Positions 38,403 to 48,370 of a stretch of 60,266 nucleotides of DNA are shown in pieces. How positions within the stretch are numbered: position 1 is the first letter of the stretch; the number at the start of each line of letters is the position of its first letter. Origin of the DNA: an archaeon (GTDB lineage: Archaea; Nanobdellota; Nanobdellia; Woesearchaeales; GW2011-AR15); contig JABHHN010000047.1 in assembly GCA_018671515.1 (NCBI GenBank), forward strand, positions 1-60,266. The letters run 5' to 3'. The position numbers and the translations under genes were made by a program. The notes below the pieces were generated by a model. The model was not told the origin of the DNA and searched no databases. It was given only the letters and a program-made list of their open reading frames with translations.

Positions 38403-39202
38403 TCACCTTATTTTTTTTAAATTTTTTATATTTTTTTGTACCATATTAATTATCAACAAATATATTGTAGCAATGACAAATGAAATAACTGTTCCAATAT
38501 ATATTCCAAATATTGGGTACGTTATTGAAACCCCCATTGAATATAATATAAGTGATCCTATTCCATAAGGGATATTTTGATGATTGAGTGAACATGTTTT
38601 GTTCCATAACTTATTTGGACTATCAACATCAAAGGAAATGTAGTTGTTGGGAATGCTGAAAATAATCCTGCCCATTTAGGACCTACAAAATTAGCCATAC
38701 CAATAACAGATAATATTATTGTAGCTGCAAATACACCTCTTATGAAAATTACAAAAAAATCTAATTTTATTTTTTTCTGAATTTTAGTATTCTTTATGTC
38801 TCTAAATAAATAGATAAATAATATCATTGAGACGAAAGGAATAATCATTGAAACTATTTTACTAAAAGATACTAGATGTAATATCCATATAATTGCAAAA
38901 TATCCCATAAATCCAAAAAATGATGCCCAAACCAAAGTAAGCTTTTTTATGACTGAAGATGATAGATAATAAAAATAGAAAAACATCAACTGTGCAAAAA
39001 GTCCAACCATATTATACACTGCACTATTTGCAGCATATACTTTTCCTTGTTCTAAACCAAAAAAGAAAAGACTAATAGCTGATCCTGTAGGGTAGCCAGC
39101 AAGTATTCCAGCAATCATCGGACTTACTTTTTCAGTGACTATTGATAAGGTCACAACTACCCCAATTGCAATAATCAATTTTATCAACAATATATTTAAC
39201 AT
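38403..39202 (-). pseudogene. Multi-pass membrane protein split by a 1-nt frameshift
   Basis: ORFs 38558..39202 and 38403..38675 join as ...HSIIK-NIPYGIG... if one A is added to the A4 run (plus-strand T at 38575-38578). Internally duplicated AG.PTG / SAFPTT halves. Confidence 0.7.
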
Positions 39203-39322
39203 TTTAATTTATTCACCTTTGTTTTTACTACTGTTCAATAACACAAATCATTATATAAATTATTCCATGAATTTTTTTATCAAATAATAAAATATATATA
39301 GTTGAATACGTATTCAGTAAAT

Positions 39323-40312
39323 ATGAGAAATTCACCAAACATTGACTTAAAAGATAAACGTATTTTAAGAGAGATTTTCTCAAATGGAAGAATGCCATAT
39401 TCTGAAATAGGTAAAAAGGTACGTTTAAGCAAAGAAGTTGTAAGATATAGAATAGAAAAATTAAAAGAAAAAGGACTACTATTAGGTTTTAATACTGTTT
39501 ACAATGTCAGAAAAATAAAATGGCATATTTTTTTAGTATATATCAAATTAAAAGATATAAATAATGAAAAAGAAAATGAAATAATAAAGTACCTCATTGA
39601 CCACCCAAATATTGCATGGTGTGTAAAATGCATTGGAAATTATGATTTTGTTCTAAAAATTTTTGTCAAAGATAGAATCCATTTAGGAAATATACTAAAA
39701 GAAATGGAAAAAAAATACAATAATTTTGATGAATTCATTGTTGACAATACTATCAAAGAAATGCCGATTCCAAACGCTTATCTTTATGAACCATTAAAAC
39801 CAGATAGAATAATTGATATTGATAATAAAACCATAGATGTTGATTATCTTGATATAGAAATCATGAAATTAATATCAATAAATTCAAGAATACAACTCTC
39901 TGAAATGTCTCAAATTCTAAATACACCAAGAGATACTATAAAATATCGTCTTAAAAAATTAGAAAAAGAAAAAGTAATAATTACATATAGACCTAGTGCT
40001 TGGTCAGGTACAAAATCTTTAGGTTTTAGTTGGTATCTAGTATTGCTTAAATTCAAACAACTTGATTCTAAATCAAGATCAACTTTAATGGAATTCTTAA
40101 CCACACACACTAATCTTGCTTATGTGTATGAACTATTAGGAGAACATGATTTAGGATTTGAAATCAGGTTAAAAACTGGAGATCAATTAAATGAAATATT
40201 AATGGAAATAAGAGCCATTTTAGGTTCAGATTTTAAAAGAAATGAATTGTCATTAATATTAAAAGAATACAAATACACCTATTTTCCAGAATGTGTTAAA
40301 GAAATTATTTAA
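39323..40312 (+). CDS. Tandem (two-unit) Lrp/AsnC-family regulator
   Basis: Two HTH + RAM units; divergent from the membrane protein/ansA pair. Confidence 0.85.
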   Translation: MRNSPNIDLKDKRILREIFSNGRMPYSEIGKKVRLSKEVVRYRIEKLKEKGLLLGFNTVYNVRKIKWHIFLVYIKLKDINNEKENEIIKYLIDHPNIAWCVKCIGNYDFVLKIFVKDRIHLGNILKEMEKKYNNFDEFIVDNTIKEMPIPNAYLYEPLKPDRIIDIDNKTIDVDYLDIEIMKLISINSRIQLSEMSQILNTPRDTIKYRLKKLEKEKVIITYRPSAWSGTKSLGFSWYLVLLKFKQLDSKSRSTLMEFLTTHTNLAYVYELLGEHDLGFEIRLKTGDQLNEILMEIRAILGSDFKRNELSLILKEYKYTYFPECVKEII

Positions 40313-40326
40313 AAAATATAAAAAAA

Positions 40327-41904
40327 TTACATTGTTAATTCTTCATCGTGAATCAAGAATCTACCTTCATTTAATTGTTTCCAAACATTTGATGAAGGTG
40401 TAATCCAACTATGCATAGAAACTAATGAGTTATCTTCCTGAATTTTTTCCCAATCTTTATTAGTATAATCATGTATTTCAAATTTCCCTTTTGTTTTTTC
40501 ATATATTTCTCTTGGTTTGCCAATTAATCTACTTTCATGACCAAATACATAAAGAGTTGAATTATCACCTTTTTTTTCTCTTTCTTTTGCATGTGACAAA
40601 GCAATATCTACTTTTACAAGTGTTTCAAAAATTTCTCCTAAAAACCTTGTATCTTCAGTAATAGATCCTTCTTTTTTGCTTGTAGAAACAAAATCAGTAA
40701 AAGAAGACCTTAATTTCAATTCTTGACCAAAAAAATTATATTCAGATTTTTTTACTTCTTCTTTTACTTCTTCAATAAAACCTGCAATGGTTTCTATTGC
40801 ACTTAAATAATCTTGTTTAATATTTTTAAATGGAACAGCTATTATTGTCTCATCTCCACCAACTGTTGCAATATAACTATCTTCTCCATCTTTACCATCT
40901 TCACCAAATTTTTCATTTAATCTTTGTCTTATCATTTGATTATAATTTTCAATATGTTCATCTACATCCCTAAGAAGATTTACTAATAAAGCATTTATAT
41001 TTTTTTTATCTGGTCCTTCATCTTTCTTTTTTCTATATTCATTTGATAATTTAAGCATGGTATCTTCCATACTTATCCTATTCATTATATTCAATCCTAT
41101 CGCATCAAACATCATAAGCATGTAATCTCCTTGTTCTGTTAATTTAAGATTGAAAAAAGGTCTTGTAAGATATCCTTCGTGTTTAGAATCTAACATTGAA
41201 AAATCTAAAACATCTGTTATAAAATCAGGATTTATTTCCATATTTGGATTATCTATATACTTTGTAATAAGGTCTTTTTTTCTCTCAAAATTTTTTTTTG
41301 CTTCTTTTCTTGCAGGACTATTCTGAAATGAATCTAATACATTTAAACCATTGTAATAAAAATCAATTGCATGCCTTGTATTTCTTTTATTATCATTTTC
41401 ATTATTATTAAAACCTAATTTTTTTAATTTTTCATTTGATATTCCTTCTTTTAAAGTATAAATAGAGTTTTCATTTTCTCTATATAATTTCATCAATTTA
41501 GGATTGAATCTAGAAACACCATCTTTATTTATTTCTTCAAATATATTTATTATATCTCCATTATAAATAACTGATATATCTTCTTCAATTATATAATCTC
41601 GAATATTTCTTAATTTTAATATATGATTTTTAAACTTTTTTTCATCAAAACCAACAACAGGTTCATCTAAAAAAGCAGCCATGTTTTTTGCAATAGTTGC
41701 CTTTGCACGATTTAATAAATAAAGATAATCTAAATCTGTAGACTCTGAAAAATCTACTTTTGAAAAACCACCAAATACATATGGATGGACAAGGGAAGCA
41801 ATAGAATCTCCTTCAAGTTTAAAATACCAATCTTGAGATCGAGATTTAGTTATGATCTCATTCATTGTAGATTCTACTACTGTTTCTAAATCAATTTTTC
41901 CCAT
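40327..41904 (-). CDS. Protein with a C-terminal GGDEF-like / nucleotide-cyclase palm domain
   Basis: MLMMFD267AIGLNIMN275, YIATVG349GDET, LVKVDIALSHAKEREKKGDN match the D...N, GGDEF and AD.ALY.AK..GRN elements. N-terminal ~250 aa unrecognised. Confidence 0.55.
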   Translation of the reverse strand: MGKIDLETVVESTMNEIITKSRSQDWYFKLEGDSIASLVHPYVFGGFSKVDFSESTDLDYLYLLNRAKATIAKNMAAFLDEPVVGFDEKKFKNHILKLRNIRDYIIEEDISVIYNGDIINIFEEINKDGVSRFNPKLMKLYRENENSIYTLKEGISNEKLKKLGFNNNENDNKRNTRHAIDFYYNGLNVLDSFQNSPARKEAKKNFERKKDLITKYIDNPNMEINPDFITDVLDFSMLDSKHEGYLTRPFFNLKLTEQGDYMLMMFDAIGLNIMNRISMEDTMLKLSNEYRKKKDEGPDKKNINALLVNLLRDVDEHIENYNQMIRQRLNEKFGEDGKDGEDSYIATVGGDETIIAVPFKNIKQDYLSAIETIAGFIEEVKEEVKKSEYNFFGQELKLRSSFTDFVSTSKKEGSITEDTRFLGEIFETLVKVDIALSHAKEREKKGDNSTLYVFGHESRLIGKPREIYEKTKGKFEIHDYTNKDWEKIQEDNSLVSMHSWITPSSNVWKQLNEGRFLIHDEELTM

Positions 41905-42070
41905 TTTTTAATGTATTTTTACTCTTATAAGTTCTAATCTTTTATAAATATTATGTATATTTACCACTTATTAGTAATTATTAGTGAATATTTACAATTA
42001 ATCTCAAAATTAATGAGATTTTTTGAAATTTTAGAGAATTTATAAAAATGTGCATAAATTCCAAAATTGC

Positions 42071-44002
42071 ATGAAATTCGAGTTATCATCAACATTTAAA
42101 CCAACTGGAGACCAACCACAAGCAATTAAAAAGCTCTCTGCAGGATATGGGAAAAACCCTATGCAGACACTTCTTGGTATTACAGGATCAGGGAAGACTT
42201 TTTCCATGGCAAATATTATTCAGAAAGTTCAAAAGCCTACATTAATTTTATCTCATAACAAAACTCTTGCTGCACAATTATACAGTGAATTCTCATCATT
42301 CTTCCCTAAAAACAGGGTCGAATATTTCGTATCATATTTTGATTATTATCAACCTGAAAGCTACCTTCCAACATCTGACACATACATAGAAAAAGATTCT
42401 AAAGTAAATGAAAAAATTGAAAAATTGAGATTAAGAGCAACTGCATCCCTTATGTCAAGAAAAGATGTGATTATTGTTTCATCTGTCTCTTGCATCTATG
42501 GTATTGGAAGCCCTGATAATTTCAAGAATATGAGTTTTGAAATAAAAAAAGGACTAAATATTGATAGATTATCAATTCTAAAAAAACTTATTTCAATACA
42601 ATATGAAAGAAATGATACTGAATTAAAACCTGGAAATTTCAGAGTAAGAGGAGATATAATTGATGTAATTTTAGGATATGAAGAAGATATCTTGCGTATT
42701 GAATTATTTGGTGATGAAATAGAAACAATCAAAATTCTTGATCCTCTTAATATGAATGAAAAGGAAAACATAGATGAAATCACAATATATCCTGCAAGAC
42801 ATTTCGTAGTCCCACAAAATATAATCCAAGGTGCAGTTGATACTATAACTGATGAACTAGAAGAAACACTTCCAAATCTTGAAATGCTTGAAGCACATAG
42901 ATTGAAACAGAGAACAAATCACGATATAGAAATGATACAAGAACTTGGGTATTGTTCTGGAATTGAGAATTATTCAAGACATTTTGATAGTAGACAGGCA
43001 GGGCAACCACCTTTTACATTACTTGATTTCTTTCCAGATGATTTTTTATTTTTCATTGATGAAAGTCATGTTACAATCCCTCAACTTCATGGAATGTACA
43101 AAGGAGATTATTCAAGGAAAAAAAATCTTATTGACCATGGATTCAGACTTCCAAGTGCATTTGACAATAGACCACTTAAATTTGAAGAATCTAAAAAATA
43201 TTTCAAAAACGCAATATTTGTTTCTGCAACACCTGGAGATTGGGAATTAGGTCAATCCAAAAATAATGTTGTTAAACAAATCATCAGACCAACAGGATTA
43301 CTTGATCCTGAAATTACTGTCAAAAAATCAGAAGGACAAATTGATGATTTAATAAATGAAATACAAAAGACTATTGAAAAAAATAATAGAATTCTTGTAA
43401 CTACACTTACAAAAAAAATGGCTGAATATCTCTCTGATTATTTAGCAAAAGCAGGAATCAAAGTAAGATATCTTCATTCTGAAATTGACACACTTGAGCG
43501 AACAGAAATAATAAGACAATTGCGTCTTGGAGAATTTGATGTACTTGTTGGAATAAATCTATTACGTGAAGGAATTGATATACCTGAAGTTGAACTTGTT
43601 ACAATTCTTGATGCTGATAAAGAAGGATTTTTAAGAAATGATAAAAGTCTGATTCAGACTATTGGACGAGCAGCAAGAAATTCAAAAGGTAGAGTCATAA
43701 TGTATGCAGATAAAATGACTGATTCAATGAAACGAGCAATCAAAATTACTCATGACAGAAGAAAAAAACAGATTGCATATAATGAAAAAAATGGAATCAC
43801 TCCACAGACAATCATAAAATCTGTTCCTGAGAAAAAAATTGATATAAAAACTACAAAACATATCCCTAAATCAGAAATACCTAATCATCTAATTGAACTT
43901 GAAACTCAGATGAAGATAGCAGCTGAAAGTCTGGAATTTGAAAAAGCAATTCAGATAAGAGATGTGATGAATGATTTACGAAAAAAACAAGGTGAAAAAT
44001 AA
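42071..44002 (+). CDS. uvrB: Excinuclease ABC subunit B
   Basis: [69 protein letters not shown] domain. Confidence 0.97.
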   Translation: MKFELSSTFKPTGDQPQAIKKLSAGYGKNPMQTLLGITGSGKTFSMANIIQKVQKPTLILSHNKTLAAQLYSEFSSFFPKNRVEYFVSYFDYYQPESYLPTSDTYIEKDSKVNEKIEKLRLRATASLMSRKDVIIVSSVSCIYGIGSPDNFKNMSFEIKKGLNIDRLSILKKLISIQYERNDTELKPGNFRVRGDIIDVILGYEEDILRIELFGDEIETIKILDPLNMNEKENIDEITIYPARHFVVPQNIIQGAVDTITDELEETLPNLEMLEAHRLKQRTNHDIEMIQELGYCSGIENYSRHFDSRQAGQPPFTLLDFFPDDFLFFIDESHVTIPQLHGMYKGDYSRKKNLIDHGFRLPSAFDNRPLKFEESKKYFKNAIFVSATPGDWELGQSKNNVVKQIIRPTGLLDPEITVKKSEGQIDDLINEIQKTIEKNNRILVTTLTKKMAEYLSDYLAKAGIKVRYLHSEIDTLERTEIIRQLRLGEFDVLVGINLLREGIDIPEVELVTILDADKEGFLRNDKSLIQTIGRAARNSKGRVIMYADKMTDSMKRAIKITHDRRKKQIAYNEKNGITPQTIIKSVPEKKIDIKTTKHIPKSEIPNHLIELETQMKIAAESLEFEKAIQIRDVMNDLRKKQGEK

Positions 44003-44003
44003 A

Positions 44004-44894
44004 ATGAAATTACAAATTGGATTCATTGGTCTTGGTACTATGGGAAAAGGTATGGTAAAGAATCTTCTAAAAAATGATTATAAAGTTGTTTGCTATAATC
44101 GTACAAAAGAAAAAGGAAACGATATAACACATGAAAATTTTTCAATGGTAGATAATCCTTCTGAAGTATGTCCTGGTTCAGCAATGATTTTTACTTGTGT
44201 CACAAATGATGAAGCGCTAAATGAAATATTATTTGAAAAAAATGGTATTTTTCAAACTTTAAATTCAGATAATATTTTGGTTGATTCTTCTACAACATCT
44301 ATTGAATTTACTCAAAAAATCTATGAAGAATGTGATAAAAGATATGTATCTTTTTTTGATGCACCAATAACTGGAAGTAAATTAGGAGCAGAAAATGGTA
44401 CATTAATGTTCATGTATGGTGGAGACAAAAATCTATTTGAAAAATGTAAAAAAGTGTTTGTTGCGATGGGACAAAGATTTGTTCATTGTGGTAAAAATAC
44501 ATATGGCCAAAGAGCAAAAATTTCTTTGAATCTTGTTCAATCTCTTATCATGCAATCATATTATGAAAGCGTTATTTTAGCATTAAAAAATGGAGTTCCA
44601 TTGAATGCAATATTAGAAATATTTGATAATTCAGGTGCAAAAAATGTAGTTGCTTCTGTTAAGAATCCAAGTCTTAGAAATAGAGATTTCTCTGTTAACT
44701 TTAAATTAGAATTAATGAGAAAAGATCTTCATTTAGCTGATAATGAAATTAAAAAATTAGATTTGAATCTTCCTTTATCAAAACAAATATCTAAAGTATA
44801 TGATAAAGCTTATGATATGGGCCTAGGACAAGAAGATTTCTTAGCAACAATTAAATTATTAGAAAAAGAAAGTGGTAAGGAGATAAGAGAATAG
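44004..44894 (+). CDS. 3-hydroxyisobutyrate/2-hydroxy-3-oxopropionate dehydrogenase family NAD(P)-dependent oxidoreductase
   Basis: IGFIGLGTMG, YNRT, DAPITGS..GAENGTL, catalytic K in AKISLN, F.LELMRKDL; GGTGA SD before ATG 44004. Confidence 0.9.
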   Translation: MKLQIGFIGLGTMGKGMVKNLLKNDYKVVCYNRTKEKGNDITHENFSMVDNPSEVCPGSAMIFTCVTNDEALNEILFEKNGIFQTLNSDNILVDSSTTSIEFTQKIYEECDKRYVSFFDAPITGSKLGAENGTLMFMYGGDKNLFEKCKKVFVAMGQRFVHCGKNTYGQRAKISLNLVQSLIMQSYYESVILALKNGVPLNAILEIFDNSGAKNVVASVKNPSLRNRDFSVNFKLELMRKDLHLADNEIKKLDLNLPLSKQISKVYDKAYDMGLGQEDFLATIKLLEKESGKEIRE

Positions 44895-44950
44895 TATTTT
44901 TTGTTTTAGACATCGTCTTTCTTTTTCATCATTACTTTAGTATCCCATAT

Positions 44951-44994
44951 CAAGCCTCTGGCTTGCAATTGTGCAAGGCGCTTTTGCGCATTGC
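44951..44994. repeat. GC-rich double-hairpin intergenic element (copy 3)
   Basis: CAAGCC-TCT-GGCTTG then GCAA-G-GCGC-TTTT-GCGC-A-TTGC, followed by TATGT. Confidence 0.55.
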
Positions 44995-45103
44995 TATGTC
45001 AAAAAATAATAATTAAATAAAAAATAATATTGTAAAAAATTTCTAAATTCTGACATAATACCTCCAAAACTAATTTATATCTATTTTTTATCCAAGTATT
45101 CTA

Positions 45104-47251
45104 ATGTCAAATAAATTCAAAGCTCATATTTCAGTTCTTGGTCTAATAAAAGAATCTCAGATAGGACTTGGACGGCAACTCCTAGCAGATGTAATTACTG
45201 GGGATGAATCTGCAAGAATAAAAAAATTAAGATTAGATAAATTAATTCATTTCTCAACACTTCCACTTTATGATAAGAAAGATGTTTTTGAATTACTTGA
45301 TTTGCTTTTATATAAAAAATTCATAGAATATAAACCAATTCCAAATAATAAATTTATAAAAGTTTTATCAGTCACAGCAAAAGGTGAAGAAGAATTAAAA
45401 AATCCAAGTGAAGAATTAAAACTTACAAAATCATTTGAGGGATATTATTCAACATTTGAAAAAATTACAGATGAAGATAAAATTAAATTTGAAAAATTAG
45501 GAAATATTCTAACTGGACTTTCCGATGAGCAAAAAAAGGCAGTAATCCACAGTAATAAAAATATTCTTTGTATAGCTGGTGCTGGAAGTGGTAAGACGAG
45601 AGTTCTTACAAAAAGAGCATGGTATCTAGCACAATACAAATCAATTCCACAAGACAAAATCTTAGCAGTAACATTTACAAGAAAAGCAAGAAAAGAAATG
45701 CAAAATAGATTAGAAGATATGATTCCTGGAAACCTTATTCAGATTGAAACATTCAATTCATTTTGTGAAAAATATCTAAGAAAATATGAAGATCTGATTT
45801 ATAATAAAAAAGTAAACGTGATGAGTTATAGAAAAAGACTAGAGATATTTGTTAAAATTTTAAAAGAATTAAATCTGACAACTGATGCAGTATTAAATAA
45901 ATATTATTCAAAAAATAAAATTTATTCAAATGATAAAAAAACATTATTTTTTGGTCTAATAAATGACATGTTCTCAGTCTTAGATTATCAAAGAAATAAT
46001 GATATCTCTTTTAATGAATTGATGGATCTTATTTCAGGACATTATGATTATCAAATGGCATCAACAATCAAAGATATAATCAGAAAAATTGTCCAAAAAA
46101 AAGATGAAGATTCATTACGTGACTATACTGATCAGATTGTTCATACTATTGAATTTTTCAAAAAAAATCAAGAAATGATTCCTAGATTCGATCATGTATT
46201 AATTGATGAGTATCAAGATGTAAATTCTCTTCAATTTGAATTTATACAATTATTAAAACCAAATAATTTATTTTCTGTTGGTGACCCAAGACAATCAATT
46301 TATGGATGGCGTGGCTCACGTATTGATTATATTTTAGATTTTGAAAAATTATTTCCTGGTTCGTCAATATTGCAATTAAGCACAAATTATAGATCTAATA
46401 AAGAAATTGTTGAATTATGTAATAATGTAATTGGTGACATGAAATTACCTGATTTAAAATCATTTAAAGAAAATGGTGAAAAAACAATTAATTTTGTAAA
46501 ACACAAAAATGATGATATTGAAAATGCTTTTGTTGCACAGAGTATTTTAAGTCAAAATTGTAAAAGAAATGAAATTTTCGTTCTTGCTAGAACCAATAAA
46601 CAAATAGAAAAATTATCTTTAGAACTTAATAAATTAAAAATAAGATATCTAAAAAGAACAATAGAAGAGAAGAAAACAAATCTTGAACCTACACAAGATG
46701 AAATTACACTCTCAACAATACATGCAATAAAAGGACTTGAAGCTTCAGTTGTTTATTTTATTGGTGCAGGTGCAAAGAATCATCCTTGCAAAGCAAATGA
46801 ACATCCAGTTTTAGAGGCAGTAAAAATCAATGATACATATGATAAATATGCAGAAGAATTAAGATTATTCTATGTTGCAATATCACGTCCTCAGGAAAAA
46901 TTAATTATTAGTTATACTGGAACTCTTGCATCATATGTAAAAAAAGAAATTTTTGATAAATTCAATAAAAATTCTAAAATTAAATTTGATAAATCATCTA
47001 AAAAAGAAGTTGTCTATAAAACTAATAATAGTTCTTCAGGATTATATCATGAATTAAAATCATGGAGATTATCTGAATCACAAAGACTTAACTGTCCACC
47101 ATATTATGTTTTTAATGATAGAACCCTTGATGAATTATGTTCTGTATTACCTTCTAACTTTGAAGAACTACAAGAAGTCAGTGGATTCGGTCCTGTGAAA
47201 GTGAAAAGATTCGGGAAGGATATTGTTAGGATTGTAATGGAGAATTGTTAG
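45104..47251 (+). CDS. UvrD/PcrA-like SF1 helicase with N-terminal RQC-like and C-terminal HRDC domains
   Basis: AGAGSGKT, DEYQD, VGDPRQSIYGWRG, NYRS, STIHAIKGLE, LFYVAISR; N-terminal GLGRQLLADVITG...LDKL...LSVTAKG; C-terminal ELKSWR...PPYYVFNDRTL.EL...GFGP.K..RFG. Confidence 0.88.
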   Translation: MSNKFKAHISVLGLIKESQIGLGRQLLADVITGDESARIKKLRLDKLIHFSTLPLYDKKDVFELLDLLLYKKFIEYKPIPNNKFIKVLSVTAKGEEELKNPSEELKLTKSFEGYYSTFEKITDEDKIKFEKLGNILTGLSDEQKKAVIHSNKNILCIAGAGSGKTRVLTKRAWYLAQYKSIPQDKILAVTFTRKARKEMQNRLEDMIPGNLIQIETFNSFCEKYLRKYEDLIYNKKVNVMSYRKRLEIFVKILKELNLTTDAVLNKYYSKNKIYSNDKKTLFFGLINDMFSVLDYQRNNDISFNELMDLISGHYDYQMASTIKDIIRKIVQKKDEDSLRDYTDQIVHTIEFFKKNQEMIPRFDHVLIDEYQDVNSLQFEFIQLLKPNNLFSVGDPRQSIYGWRGSRIDYILDFEKLFPGSSILQLSTNYRSNKEIVELCNNVIGDMKLPDLKSFKENGEKTINFVKHKNDDIENAFVAQSILSQNCKRNEIFVLARTNKQIEKLSLELNKLKIRYLKRTIEEKKTNLEPTQDEITLSTIHAIKGLEASVVYFIGAGAKNHPCKANEHPVLEAVKINDTYDKYAEELRLFYVAISRPQEKLIISYTGTLASYVKKEIFDKFNKNSKIKFDKSSKKEVVYKTNNSSSGLYHELKSWRLSESQRLNCPPYYVFNDRTLDELCSVLPSNFEELQEVSGFGPVKVKRFGKDIVRIVMENC

Positions 47252-48255
47252 ATTAAGAAATTATTCCAATAATTTATTATTAATTCATCTCCTAAAAAAT
47301 GAATTATTTTATAGAATGATTTATTATCCATTTTTGTTAAAGAAATATTATCTCCTTCTGACAATGAAGATAAATAATCTACTCTTTTCTTTTTTCTAAC
47401 TATTATTGGTGGGTAATTATGATTCATTAATATGATATTTACTAACATCCGTCCTGTACGTCCATTTCCATCTGAAAATGGATGAACTTTTTCAAATTTC
47501 TGATGAAAAATAGATGCTAAAACAAATGGATGCAATTCTTTTTTAATTTTTTTATACCAATTTAAAAGTATATCCATATCTGACTTTACATATTTTCCAG
47601 GAGTTGTATTGAATTTTGATCTAAATACTCTTACATCATGAAATCTATATCCAGTTCTATTATCAATATTTTCTAGTAAATTATCGTGAATTTCAATTAT
47701 TGATTTATGATTGATATTTTTCTTTTTTTCTAATAAATTAAAAAAAACTTTTTTAGTGTTTTGAAGATCATATATTTCTCTTAATGTTTTATTTTTTGGT
47801 GTAATATTTTCATTAAGTAATTTTACTGCTTCCTGTAAATTTATAGTATTCCCTTCAATTGATGTGGTATTATATGCAAATTCAATCAAATAGTTATTGT
47901 ATATTTCTCTGATTGTTAATTCATTTTCTTTTAAAAAATAATTATTGAAATGATATTTTACGGATTCAATTTCTTCAAGTAAATTTTTTTCTAAGTAAAC
48001 ATTAGATTTAATTTTTTGTTCCTTTATTTTATTTAATATATATTCAGAAGTTATGAATTTCTTAATATTTCTATATGCTTTTCTAATTTCCTTTTTATAT
48101 ATTTTTTCAATTGATTCTAATTTTTTTTCTATTTTTTGTGGATCATTTCCTAAATATGCAATATCTTTAGTCACAGATTTATTATTTATTTTCTTTGACA
48201 TCCTTAAATAATAATATGGCTTTCCTGAAATGATTTTTTTGTATATGTATACCAT
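47248..48255 (-). CDS. Fic-domain protein with N-terminal extension
   Basis: HPFSDGNGRTGR catalytic motif and TTSIEGN autoinhibitory motif. Confidence 0.9.
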   Translation of the reverse strand: MVYIYKKIISGKPYYYLRMSKKINNKSVTKDIAYLGNDPQKIEKKLESIEKIYKKEIRKAYRNIKKFITSEYILNKIKEQKIKSNVYLEKNLLEEIESVKYHFNNYFLKENELTIREIYNNYLIEFAYNTTSIEGNTINLQEAVKLLNENITPKNKTLREIYDLQNTKKVFFNLLEKKKNINHKSIIEIHDNLLENIDNRTGYRFHDVRVFRSKFNTTPGKYVKSDMDILLNWYKKIKKELHPFVLASIFHQKFEKVHPFSDGNGRTGRMLVNIILMNHNYPPIIVRKKKRVDYLSSLSEGDNISLTKMDNKSFYKIIHFLGDELIINYWNNFLI

Positions 48256-48370
48256 GATAAAATTATATTATGAACATATTTAAATAATTTACCCTTTATT
48301 TTTTGTTTTTGAGAAATAAAGGGTAATTAAATATTAAAAACAACTTATTAATCTATAAATCTCAAAATAC

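Noticed and set aside
42001-42021. AATCTCA-N7-TGAGATT inverted repeat upstream of uvrB as a DNA-damage operator
   Set aside because: No matching site found upstream of uvrA or polB; such palindromes arise by chance in AT-rich DNA.
881-44994. tRNA or other structured ncRNA genes in the GC-rich intergenic islands
   Set aside because: Each is under 50 nt with no cloverleaf, T-loop (GTTCRA) or anticodon arm; reported as hairpin repeats instead.
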